A DNA stretch of 64,000 bases, taken from contig CM074810.1 in NCBI GenBank assembly GCA_037447605.1, positions 3,258,880-3,322,879 on the forward strand, in the 5' to 3' direction. Under the pieces are notes generated by a model. It did not search any database and was not told the origin of the DNA. It worked only from the letters and a program-made list of their open reading frames with translations. Position 1 is the first letter of the stretch. Every line of letters starts with the position of its first letter. The DNA comes from Zygnema circumcarinatum SAG 698-1b. Taxonomy: Eukaryota > Plantae > Zygnematophyceae. Positions 1 to 11,300 of the stretch are shown in pieces. The translations under genes were made by a program, and so were the position numbers.

Positions 1-830
1 TATTAGCAGGGAGCTTTGAGCCATCTTCTGGATTCTATTTGTAAGGGGTAGTCTTGTTTATTCAGCATGTTCGGCTAGTCGGCTTCCCGAGCCAATTGTA
101 AGATAAATGGACATTAAAACGACCATGGCGAAGCCTTTGTAGCAGATTATTATGAGCAATGAGATCGACCCGGCTCTAAGTGCAAACTGACGATATGGAC
201 CTGGAACTGCACCTGGATAAAACATTCTCTGGGTGTATTTTTCTCATCGGTGTTGTTTTTATCCTTCGCGAAACATGGTGAATGCTAGAAAGCAATGCCA
301 AATGGAAGCTTTTCAATTTTCTCCTTTTGAATTAGCGCTATTCAACGCTGTGATCGTAACTGAGCGTTTTATGGATGCATGTACTATAGCATGAGGGACC
401 TACGGCCAACCTGAGAGAGCTAACTAGCAGGACCTATGAACGTGAGAGACCGCCGAGTAGCTTGAAAGACCAGCGAACAACAAAAGAGAGAGAGAGAGAG
501 AGACATAAGACCAACCAAGAACGTAAACATAAAAACAAACTTGAATGACTTAAAGTGTATCAATAACATGGGCGACCTATCAAGACGAGGCACATAAGAT
601 ATTTTGTTGATATGGTGTTGAAAGCTAAAACATTCACTGTAAAGCCTGAGGAAAAGAGACAATGTGAGCACACTACGAAAAAGGAAGGAATGGAAATGTG
701 AGAGAGGGAAGATGGAGAAGAATCCGAAGAAAGGGCAACGGGAAGAACTAAAAGCATTAGCTTCCCAATGTGAGCCATGCCCCCTCCGCCCTCTCCGCTG
801 TTCACGCCATGGCGCGCTGCTCCCTGTTCC
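1..830 (-). CDS. Probable 5' part of an unidentified spliced gene, divergent from the TPX2-like gene and running off the window start
   Basis: Minus-strand exon-like segments with AG/GT boundaries, e.g. 577-645 (cctcag|GCTTTAC...GATAG|gtcgcc) and an exon starting ~210 (atccag|GTGCAGTTCCAGGTCC..., GAVPGPYRQFALRAG). ATGs at ~770-830. No family recognised. Confidence 0.3.
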
Positions 831-1250
831 ATGTCGCTCCCCCCATGCCATGCCATGGCGCGCTGCTCCCTGTTCCATGTCGCTCCCCCCATGCCATGCC
901 ATGGCGCGCTGCTCCCTGTTCCATGCGCTCCCCCCATGCCATGCCATGGCGCGCTGCTCCCTGTTCCATGCGCTCCCCCCATGCCATGCCATGGCGCGCT
1001 GCTCCCTGTTCCATGCGCTCCCCCCATGCCATGCCATGGCGCGCTGCTCCCTGTTCCATGCGCTCCCCCCATGCCATGCCATGGCGCGCTGCTCCCTGTT
1101 CCATGCGCTCCCCCCATGCCATGCCATGGCGCGCTGCTCCCTGTTCCATGCGCTCCCCCCATGCCATGCCATGGCGCGCTGCTCCCTGTTCCATGTCGCT
1201 CCCCCCATGCCATGCCATGCCATGCCATGCCATGCCATGCCATGCCATGC
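807..1250. repeat. 45/46-bp tandem array (about 9 copies) followed by a (CCATG)n run
   Basis: Unit ccatggcgcgctgctccctgttccatg(t)cgctccccccatgccatg starts at about 807, 853, 899, 944, 989, 1034, 1079, 1124 and 1169. It explains the overlapping repetitive ORFs. Confidence 0.95.
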
Positions 1251-1319
1251 CCACACCACCCCTCGCAGTTCCCACACAAATTTTCACAGCCTCCCTAACA
1301 ATGTCCTCGGCTCGTCCAG

Positions 1320-1565
1320 CGTCACATGGCACAACCTGACGTGACGTGACACGGCATGTCATGTCTGTCATGACGAAACATGTCAATGACATGAAATGAC
1401 GTAAGGTGACGCATCGTAAGGCGACATGCCGCGACATGACGCGACATGACATGATATGACGCGACGTGTCGTTACATGACACGGCATGTCATGTCATGAC
1501 ATGACATGATGTGACACGGCGTGACATGATGTGACCAAGCGTGACGTGACGCAAAGTGACACGAT
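1320..1565. repeat. Degenerate pentamer tract (TGACG/TGACA/CATGA)
   Basis: Repeated gtgac/atgac/gcgac with about 5-bp periodicity. Confidence 0.8.
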
Positions 1566-1611
1566 GATAATCCAGTAAGGAGGCTCCCTCGCACGCGTGA
1601 ATTCGAATTTG

Positions 1612-1768
1612 TCAACGGTCGTCTCCCCGCTTGCCCGGCTTCGAGCCCTGCGAACGGCAACCCTAAAACGGCACCCTCGGACCGGCCGTGAGGTGCTGCA
1701 ACGGTCGTCTGCTTCCGAGCTGAACGCCTCCTTGGGCTGAAGTGAAGGCCTCTCTGCTGTGTATAATA
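1612..1768 (+). promoter_or_regulatory. TPX2-like promoter with clustered MSA-like AACGG motifs, a telo-box-like motif and a TATA-like box
   Basis: tcaacggtc 1612-1620, gaacggca 1652, aaacggca 1666, gcaacggtc 1698-1706, aaccctaa 1659-1666, tataata 1762-1768. MSA (YCYAACGGYY) is the established MYB3R-bound G2/M element. Confidence 0.6.
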
Positions 1769-1922
1769 GGATTGGAACCTTCTCTCATGCATGTAAAGCA
1801 TGTACATATATGTATCTGTTGTATAAGGTGAATGGTGGAGGGGGAGAAGAAATAGACGAAGCTGTAGTGTCGAATTAGGGTTTGTTGGGAGTTACTGTTT
1901 TAGAACGGTTGCAGGAGAAAGA

Positions 1923-3480
1923 ATGGCAGGAGAGGGATGGCTTTGTGATGAGTTTCAGATCGACCCTGTGTATGAGAACATTTGTTCTCCGAAGTTCTTT
2001 GATCTTGCGAGGGAGGAGGAGGCAGAGGAGATCGCAGCTGTTGAAGAGTGGTTTGACTTTGCAGGGGCGGATGCAGAAGCACGTGAGTGCGCTTTCATTT
2101 TGAAGCGTTTTTATCCATCGTTGAATTGTGGGAAAATATTTTTTTCGTGTTAGAAGAGCTGAATCGAGTTGCTGTGAAAGGTCCAATGAGGTTAAGTTGT
2201 GTTGACAAGTATACTCTCATTGTGGAAAAACTTGCTTTGACTGGGATTCGCATTGCTGCTTTCTTATCGTACAAAGTCAACTTATAAGGTAGCTCGTTCC
2301 TGTCGAGAGCTTCATCCTGAAGGAAGAGGCTGTAATTGCTGTCATTTATAGGGAAAGGAAAGGCCTCGTGATCATCAACGTCTATCTGCTTGTTGGGGTT
2401 GTTTTTTTGCAGCCCAAGTAGTGCGGGCAAGGCTTGCTGGAAAAAGCCTGTCGCCTCTTTCGGCTATGGAGATAACGGAGGCCAAACAAGAAGCTTCATC
2501 GGTACAGACGAAAGCCTAATCCTCATCTTGTAGGCTAGGAAAAAGCTATTTTTTCTCGTTTTTTCCTGGGTTATCGCAGTGTGGTCATGCACTTTGGGTT
2601 CTTTGGCAGATTTTTTTTGCGAAAAGGTGTAAGGTAGGTGTACCTGTATTCTTTAGTCCATCGACAGACTCAACATTGAAAGAGTTTAATGGGGCTATCT
2701 CTTAGAAGCTTAAACTTTAAGCAACTCTAAATGCATCTAAAAGCCTTGGACAAATATCTCTACATTCCTTTGACACTCTTCTTTTTGTCCACCTCGTTTC
2801 TGTAGGTTGCGAAGGAGGACACAACGTTAGAAGATGAACCTTTTCTCAGAATGACGTGAGATCCTTTACTGTCATTGAGGTTTGAGGTTCAAAGAGGTTC
2901 AAAAGGTTCAAAAGGCTTTGAGATGCTCTCTTTCTTTTGTTTGACTGACTATTTCTAAGAGCTTTTGCCATAACATTCATCCAAACTGTACTCATTTTCA
3001 CTATTTTCTTGCAGAATTGAACCGGACTTCGAATTTCCTCTCCCTGCAGCCGCTGCACATCTGACACCTGGTAAGTCACCGACAGACAGTCCTCATATCA
3101 GAATATCATTAGCATGAGAGGTACTTAACCATTTTGCCAAAGAATATATTGCAGTTGATGCGGATCACTAATCAACAACTTAGCATTCAGAGAGCTCTCA
3201 ATCCTTCACTCGAGAATTCAAAACCATTTCCCATTTCCCTTAAAATTCATGACCTAAATTTTGACCCTTGGCTGGTGGGGACTTTTAGGTTTTCCTGAAA
3301 TGGGCCGAAGTGGTGGTAGTCAACGTATTCGTCTCCACCCCATGGTGACTCGGTCAATGACTAAGAGCATTTCTGAAGCTCATCCATCCTTGACTGCTGA
3401 CCGGACCATGCTTACCCCCGGCAGTATCATCATAAAGAAGAGCCTTTACTCGCGGCTTTGTAAAGAAGTGGAAAGCGGAG
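1923..3480 (+). CDS. TPX2: TPX2-like microtubule/Aurora-activating protein, 5' part only (cut by the N gap)
   Basis: Exon 1 (1923-2082) encodes IDPVYENICSPKFFDLAREEEAEEIAAVEEWFD, matching from recall the plant TPX2 N-terminal Aurora-binding motif D..YEF.AP..FDF...E......AE.WF. Phase-consistent downstream exons at 2610-2633, 2806-2855, 3015-3070 and 3289-3480. Exons between 2154 and 2500 are less certain. Confidence 0.65.
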
Positions 3481-3580
3481 NNNNNNNNNNNNNNNNNNNN
3501 NNNNNNNNNNNNNNNNNNNNNNNNNNNNNNNNNNNNNNNNNNNNNNNNNNNNNNNNNNNNNNNNNNNNNNNNNNNNNNNN

Positions 3581-4430
3581 ATCAGTGAATTTTTGATTTG
3601 TAAGGCCAGGACCTCGAATGTACAGCATTGGTCGGTGGCAGGCGCGGCGTGGCGGAGTCGGAGTATGTGACGTGGCACGACGCGACAAATCAGGACGTGA
3701 CGAGGCGCGAATCAGCGCGCGGAGCAGAACGACGAGTACGGAGTCAGCAATGCTCATTTGGAGGACGGTGGCGAATCGGAAGGCGCCACGTGTCGGGATA
3801 AATTGAGCCTGTACGGCTTCCTAGGTCGGGGAGGTAGCGCTCGTGAGCACGGGGTCCCACATGACGCCAAGTAATGAGGTGAATCCTACGGTGGAGGACG
3901 CGGATGGAGATAAAGGGTGAGGCCCGGATCACGGCCCGGCAATGATGTGCTGGATCACGTGCAAGCCTACGAGGATCCCGGCTGGCGCGAGATTAGGATC
4001 AGGATGAGGTCTTGCAAGGCGTAGCATGTGCGGCCGTGACGTGACAATGTCACCTAATGGCGCCATATTGTATTTAAGAGCTTTAGATTGTTTGGTAGAA
4101 GTTAACCTTATAAGTGACTCACATTGAGGTGAGGCTATGTACAACTTGGGGCGAGGGAGATGAGTGGGAAGAGTTGACTTGCTTAGTGGGTGGACATTCC
4201 GTAGCTTGAGTAGAGGTGCTTGAAGGAGCGACTTAGTGTTGTCAAGTTGTATTTAAATGCTTTTATCTTAAAGGGAGTTTTAAGTGCGGTGGCTTTTTCT
4301 CACTTTACATTTTTCATATTTCAGCGGAGTTTGTTCTCTTGCATTTAATTGTGCTTTATTGACGGTTAGGCAATTCATTTGAAAATGTCGAGGAGTTACC
4401 TACTGTGAGTCTTTAGAGGGAGAGTAAAAG
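3581..4430 (+). mobile_element. LTR of copia family A (left end lost in the gap)
   Basis: Colinear with 8890-9700 and 21757-21961, sharing e.g. gcaaggcgtagcatgtgcggccgtgacgtgacaatgtcac and tagtgttgtcaagttgtattt. Confidence 0.85.
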
Positions 4431-7400
4431 GGCCCCGCAATAATGAGGCCGAGATCAATCCTTGAGGACGGATGGGTCCGATGGTGCCGTTAATCCCCAA
4501 TCCTCCCTTATGCCGAGGAGGGGACCTTGGCGGGTGATGTGGGCCGCACCGTGACTATGTGGTGCCCCCACGTATGAACCAGTTCTTACGGTTCGAACCT
4601 AGGACCTCCGTCGTCCTATAGAGTATCCGATGCCCTAACCATTAGGTACCGCATTGGATGGAAACATAAGGCGGCGGGGCACTGAGAGGCCAATCACTTT
4701 CCACCCAGGGGTGAGAGGCTGTGGCGTTTAAGCTCACATTCTCCCCCGTGAGAATGTGAGCATACTGATTCAGCGTGGTGTGAGAATGCAATCAAAAGGC
4801 CCGGTACAAAGGCGGTTTTCCAGCGTAGCGGTCCGAACTCACGTGATAACCGGGAGGAGGCTGTGATAATCGGTCGAGTCCGCTTTTCCAGGATTCTTGT
4901 GAGGGGCGGCTGAGGGAACCCCGAGAGCGCCCTGGCCCATTCTCTGCCGACGCCCTGCTCTGAGTACAAGTTTATGAGCTCACAGCGGTGGTCAGAGATT
5001 GCCTTCGGCTTCCAGCGTCTTATGTTGACCCATGTAGCGTTCCAGCGAGGTGATGCATTGGCGGGAAGATGACACTACCACCTGTCTGATTGAGGCAGAT
5101 GGACGACTTCATACCGAGTTCACGCCCCGAGTTCCGATTGGTGGGGAGGGTAGGCGGATCACTCCCGTGGCTAGCGGTGGGCAACTTTAGCGATCAGCAT
5201 GAAGGGCGGATCGCGCCGTATGGGCGAAGTAAATCCAACGTGCTTGACCTGCGTTGATCGCGACGACCTTGAGATTAGATGGCGAGACGCGGCTGCACGT
5301 GTTAAGCGCTAAGCTTTGGAGTCTCCAGTTAGCCCGTGCTAGAAAGGCAACGCCGTAGCCCGCAAATTGAAGGTGAGTTAGATGCGGTGTGGCGGTCAAC
5401 ATAGGCCTTTGTGGCGAGAGTTTGGGCGGTAGCGAGGAATACAGGTACTTACTGCGGCGCCTCGGGCGATTAAGCTGGGACAAAGATCGTACTTGAGGAT
5501 TGAGGTCCGGTCCTCTCACCGACTTCCAAGGATCGGGGGATTACATTGGGCGCCCATGTTCCCACCGGATCGGGGCTGATCCCTTGGTTGCTTGAGGGAT
5601 TTAGAAGGATCTTTGTGAGGATTGAAGAAGGGGTGGTACGTGGACTCTGGTAAGCATTGCCAGTAGCATGCTGGCTCAGGGATGTCTATCTGGCGGCCGG
5701 TTTTGCAGTGGAAAATTTACATACTCAATACTGGCGGTCCCGCGATTTTGAGCTTAACCCGTCCAAAATGGCAGTGGAGAATAAATTAGATGCATGATGG
5801 TTCCGCAATTACGGCGAAGACATCTTTAGCTCCGCACTTGTAAAAACATCTGGCAAATGCAATCTAAATGCGGCCCATTTGTCTTAGTAGTTGAGTACAA
5901 AATGCACCATCGTCTTTGGCCGTCGACAAAGGCTTGAGATGGAGTCATTGCCCGAGGTGTCGGGGAAGATCTACGTGATCAAAAGGCCATACCAGTATCC
6001 GTTTAGAAAGGAGGTGTGTGAGGGGGGTTGCCGCGTGGCGAGGATCTGCCCGGAGTGCGGGGTTTGTTGCGTTGACAAGGATTGGACAGTGCAATGCGGC
6101 TGCGTCCTTTCGAGTCCGGGGCGCGGGGAACTTCGCGGGCGATTGCCTCGGGTTTGGCAACTCCCGTGTGACCTGATGCGGAGGATGTGCCAACTTACCG
6201 AGAATGAGGCTGCCTGCGTCTGATCCGGCCTTGGAGTACGACCCGGCTGGCGGCGTGGTACGAGTCAGATCGCGCCAGACACCGCTTTGTCCGCCTGCCC
6301 GTTACCTTGGCGTCCGAGGCAAAGGATCACCCGGCATACCCTCTGCGGATCATCCGTGGTCGAGAGGAGGAGAGGCGGGGAGGGCCCATTGCGTCGGCTG
6401 GTGCGGGGATCATGTGGCGTGTTGGAGCGGGAACTGCGGGGTTGGCGGCCTGCACCTCTGTCATCTCGTTCCACCAGCGCTCGAGTTGACAAAAGCGGCG
6501 CCCATCCGAGGCAAGATGCGAAATTTTGCCCAGTAGATTACGCCACATTGGCCTGCCGGGCGATAGACCCAGTAGCGATCCAGCTACTGGAGAACTTCCG
6601 GACCGGCGTGCCTGCTTTGAGCAAAGATGCGGCAGGCCGAGAACGTCGTGAAGGCGGTGAAATGCATTGACAGCGTAACCGCTTTTGCCCCCTCAAATAA
6701 CACCGCCCGTATCTACAGCGTGAACTACTATAGCGATTCACATTACATTGCGAATAGTTGCTGCGGCCGGGGATTCATTTTCGCGACTTTCATGCGCCCG
6801 AGGTTGGCAAATGCTCTTGAAACAAGGCGGCTGGCCGAATCGAGAAGCATCACAAACCACTTCATAAGGTTTGGGCCGGGTCAGCTAAGCGGTGGAGTGC
6901 TTGTTAACAAGTGCGTGGCGTGCGGACCTCAGTACTTCGGCATTGGGGTCACGTCTGAGGACACGGGCGTGTCAAATTAGTCAAAGGGAGTAACCAACTT
7001 ACTAAACCCTTGGATGAACTTACGAAAATAATTCGCAAAACCCAAGAACGATCGCAATTGATGCAAGTCAGTCGGTTCTGCCCAAGTTTCTACCGCAGAA
7101 ACTTTGGCAGGATCGGGCCGAAAGACCTTGATCATTGAGGATATGCCCAAGATAAAGCAATTCGCGTTGCTGAAGTGACACTTCTTCCTCTTGGCATAAA
7201 AGCGGTTTTTCCTCAGGACCTCAAACACTTTTCGAGCGTGTTGAGATGTTTCACCTCTACATGCTGCGAGGTACGGGATTATCATAAAGAGTAAGCCAAA
7301 ACAAACTCGTCATTGCAGAATGAACATTTACGTTCATCACCGCTGAAAGTGGCGGAGCATTAGTCAATCGAGGGGCAACACATATTTGGAAATGACCAGT

Positions 7401-8367
7401 ACGTCAGAATCTGATTTTAGCAGCACATCCGAACTACGTGGCCGCGGATGCGATGATACCCACACGAGGCGAAGATAAAGTGAAGTAAACACTTTGGCCG
7501 TGAAGATCAACAGTCATCGTCGTGGTAAAGCAAATCGATTCTTTTCACGATCTTGTTGGAATTACCGATGTCAGTACATCCTCGGCGAGCCATCTTTTTC
7601 CCAACAAACAAGATGCAAAACCCCAAAAGAGACTCACGGCGGGTTACATCCAGCCTTTGTCCGTAAATTAGTCAACTCTTTGCATCTCTTGGAACTTTCT
7701 TTTAGGCTTAACAATAAATGCGCGCCAAAGCTCCAAGAGTTGTGTGCCCAGCTCCTACAGATAGAGGTGGCGGCCTGTGGAAGGTCGTCGGGAAGGCGTC
7801 GCTTGAATTACGTCAACAAAGGTTGGAATTTGGGTGGAGCGGCCGAGAAGCGCATCCGTAGATGTGATGCGCCATTCACGATCGCCGTCATGCACATCAC
7901 CGATTAGGTACGCCATGGCGTACACCATGAACAGGTGCAGCCCTCATACTTCCGCTTTGGCCAATTGCATAGCGGCGAGAGATAAGGAGTATCAACTTCG
8001 CGTGATGCTTGATGGATGTGGGATTTGCCGAGTGCGGTGTGATACGCTATCATTTGTCGCGGAGATGCGGTGTGGGATGGAAAAAGTCCAATTGGGCTTT
8101 GACCATGGTTAACAACAACTCCACTAAAATAACATACATACGGGGGCCAGTTGGTAGCCGAAAGACACTTCAACTGCCCGGAGTAGGATGGAGAACGTCT
8201 TGAGTGTGGCGATGCGAGGAGATCTGGCCGCTGCGTCCATCCGAAGTAACACTTTGAATGGGGATCTGTGAAGTCAGCAAATCTGCAGGTGAATGCCGAG
8301 CCCAACAAAGTTAGCATACGCGTTATCCCCTAGCGGTATAGCTGGCGGGTAGCCATGTTAGCGGAAG
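4430..8367 (-). mobile_element. Ty3/gypsy chromovirus, 3' part: protease C-half, RT, RNase H, integrase, chromodomain, PPT and partial 3' LTR; frameshifted
   Basis: RT motifs (KKDGS.R-like near 7590; RSFLGFANYFRKFIQGFSKL 6977-7285). Integrase WPF.HV..DLP near 5950-5990 and KL.P(GPF)-like near 5420. Chromodomain-like WE..GNL near 5000-5060. PPT cgggggagaa at 4739-4748 followed by LTR start TGTGAG at 4738. Confidence 0.85.
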
Positions 8368-11300
8368 TGTTAGTGTATGATAGTTGGGCATTGTATGGCC
8401 TTGGCTAACTTTGTTGTAGTCTTTCAGTTTGTAGGAGCAAAGTCTCTTTGAGGCGTAGTGCTCTTAGATTTAGGAATGTCGATTACTTTCATTTCGGGTG
8501 AGTCTCGCACGCCCTTGTGAGTGCGTAGTCTGAGGAGCAGTGGCTTGATTGGGCCTTGGCCCGACACATGGCGGAGGGCCGGGCCACCCAGCTTTGTTGA
8601 GTGGCGGCCTTGGATTAGCATGTCTGGACGGCGCGCAACTTTGATTGGTTGCGGCGCGGGCGCGAAACGCGGAGCGCAAAGTTGCTGTTAGTGTAAAGTA
8701 GTTAAGGACTTGTTGTACACTAAGTTGTTGGTACTAAGTTCTAAGGAGGGTGTGCTCAAAAGTGTCCCACATTATGCGGGCGTCTGGCGACCCGTGACAA
8801 GTCTTTAAGAGGTGTGTCGCGTGGCCTTGAGTCTGTTGGCAGGCAAGGCATGGCGAAGGAGTAGCCGGTGCGGCCCGTCGGTGGTCTGATTGTAAGGCGG
8901 GACCTCGAATGTACGGACATTGGGTATTGGTGAAAGCGCTGGCCAGCGGCGTGGCGAGTCCAGATGTGGCGTGGCGTAGCGACAAATCCGAAGTGGCCTT
9001 GAATGGCTGGGCGAAGAAGCGACAAAGGTGCGAATTGACATAATGTCTCATTTGGAGGGGCGGTGCGTCGGAAGGCGCCCGTGTCGGGTTAAAGAGGAAG
9101 GCACATGCGGCCTCTGGGCCGATGGCACTTCGTGAGTCACGGGGGTCCACATGGCGCCAAGTAATGAGAGTCAGATCCTACGGTGGAGGGCGGATGGAGA
9201 TAAAAGTGGCCGGATCGGCTGGCAATGATGTCTTGGATGGAGTGCAAGCCCTCACGAGGATCCCGGCTGGCCTTGAGATTAGGATCAGGATAAGGGTCTT
9301 GCAAGGCGTAGCATGTGCGGCCGTGACGTGACAATGTCACTAATGGCGCCATATTGTATTTAAGGCTTAGATTGTTTGGTAGAAGTTAACCTTCTCGTGA
9401 CTCACATTGGGGAGTGAGGCTATCTTGCTTAGGGCCAAGGAGATAGTGGGAAGAGTTCAGCTTGTAGTGGGTGGTTTATTCACGTAGCTTGAGTAGAGGT
9501 GCTTGAAGCTTGGCTCTAGTGTTGTCAAGTTGTATTTCATCTTTATCTTAAGGAGTTTTAAGGGTGAGGTAGCTTTTCTCCTTACATTTTAAAATATTTC
9601 ATTTGAGTTGTTCTCTTGCATTTAGTGTGCTTTGTGTGATTGAGCAATTCATTGAAGATGTGAGTTCTACCCAAGGTAGAGGTAAAAGCGACCACACACA
9701 AGGGAGAGGCCCATTTACCCAACAGCGGAGTTGTGAAGCACGACATTGAAGATATTTAGCGGCGAACGGAATGCGCCCGTGGACCCACTGCAATGTGGGT
9801 CAGCGAGGAGGTAGGAAGTCTGGCCCAGGGTAATGCGGCCCGGGCAAAGGCGGGAAGGAAGCCCGGCCCCGGAAGCAGTGAAAGCTATGCGGACGCGTGC
9901 GAGCGGCAGAACTAGGTCGGCTGACTACTTGCGTGGGTTCTGAACGCGCGCTAGCGGTCGCTATTCTGAGAATGCGCCCGCGGGCTTCCGGTGCATGGGT
10001 TTTGCAATGGCCAGGGTAGCGGCGTGACATGTGTGTCACGTCACGGACCTCATATTATATTACATAGTTTTATTATAGAGGAAGCAACCCACCACTACTA
10101 CAGCGTCATAGTCTGGGGTCTTGATACGTACTTTTAGCGCTTTCGTCTTCTTTAGAGTACTACACTTATTAATGCCGTGAGGTAGTGAGTAAGAGGGACC
10201 TTGAAGTAGTGGGAGAACTTCATTGTGGGAAGACAGTTTTATTATAAGGAGTTTTAGAGGCGTGAGCTTTCTCCTAACACACTCTCATTATGATTTCCGC
10301 TGTGCTTGTCTTGTAGCTTCATTCTGTTGTTATGGGCGATGAGTGAAGTAAGATAGAGCTTTGAGTGTTTGAATATCTTCATCGTGGGAACTCAAGTTCT
10401 GATGGGAGGCTGACACCGAGGTAACGCCGGAGTGAGGCTTGAACCCACTGCTTCAACAAGTGGTATGTCGAGCCCAAGGTGGCGAGAGGACCACGTGAGA
10501 TTGACATCCAGCGTTCGATGGTTGAGACTACAAGGAGGTGGAGATGGCGAGGCTGGTTCCCTTGCTGCGTGGGCAAGAACATTAGAATGGGTGGCGGCAC
10601 CATCAGGCACCCAGTGCGGCCGGAGGAGCCATGGCGGGCGGCGGTCGGAGTTAAAAGCAAGCGCTACGCCCGGATGAGGCCAAGGACAACAAGGCCCTCA
10701 CCCGGTCGTCATGGCGTGAGGAAGTCCCTCTTCCATCTTTGTATGACAGCCTTAAGACTTCACATCGCATGTACTGGAGATGCTTAGAGGAGATGTATGA
10801 CATAAAGGATAACGTAACAATAGTCAGCCTTTACACGCAGCTTGGGAAAATGAAGATGTCCTCGGAAGAGAAGTTGAGTGAATATATGGTCAGATTTGAT
10901 ACTCTAATGGAAGATTTATAGCTGAGTTAGAGGGAGACCGTAAAATCAGCCCGGTTCCCAGGGGACTGCTGCGATTTGATGTAGCGTTCGCGACTCTTAG
11001 GCTGTTCTAACGAACACGTGATGACCCTTGAGCAAGTGAAGCGGAGGATCGAGGAGGAGGAGCTGCTTGTCCAAGGCGTTGGAGGCACCCGAGGAGAGAA
11101 GGTATTTGGGCGGTACTCAAGTTGAGGATTAGAAGAGGAGGTCTTGTAGAAGCGGACCGTGGGGAACGCCCTGCTTGGGGCGTGTTACGTCGCGACAGGC
11201 GGGCCACTTCTCGGCCGTATTACAAGAACAAGAACACCAGGTCGGGGTGGAGGAGCATCGTCATCCGTCAGAAGGGATTCAAGGAATGCTTCAAATGCAG

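Noticed and set aside
420-1482. Six overlapping long ORFs with repeated peptides
   Set aside because: They are by-products of the stop-free 45-bp and pentamer repeats.
1875-2430. Minus-strand ORFs first suspected to be a LINE or viral remnant
   Set aside because: Better explained as antisense to the plus-strand TPX2-like exons, which have canonical splice sites.
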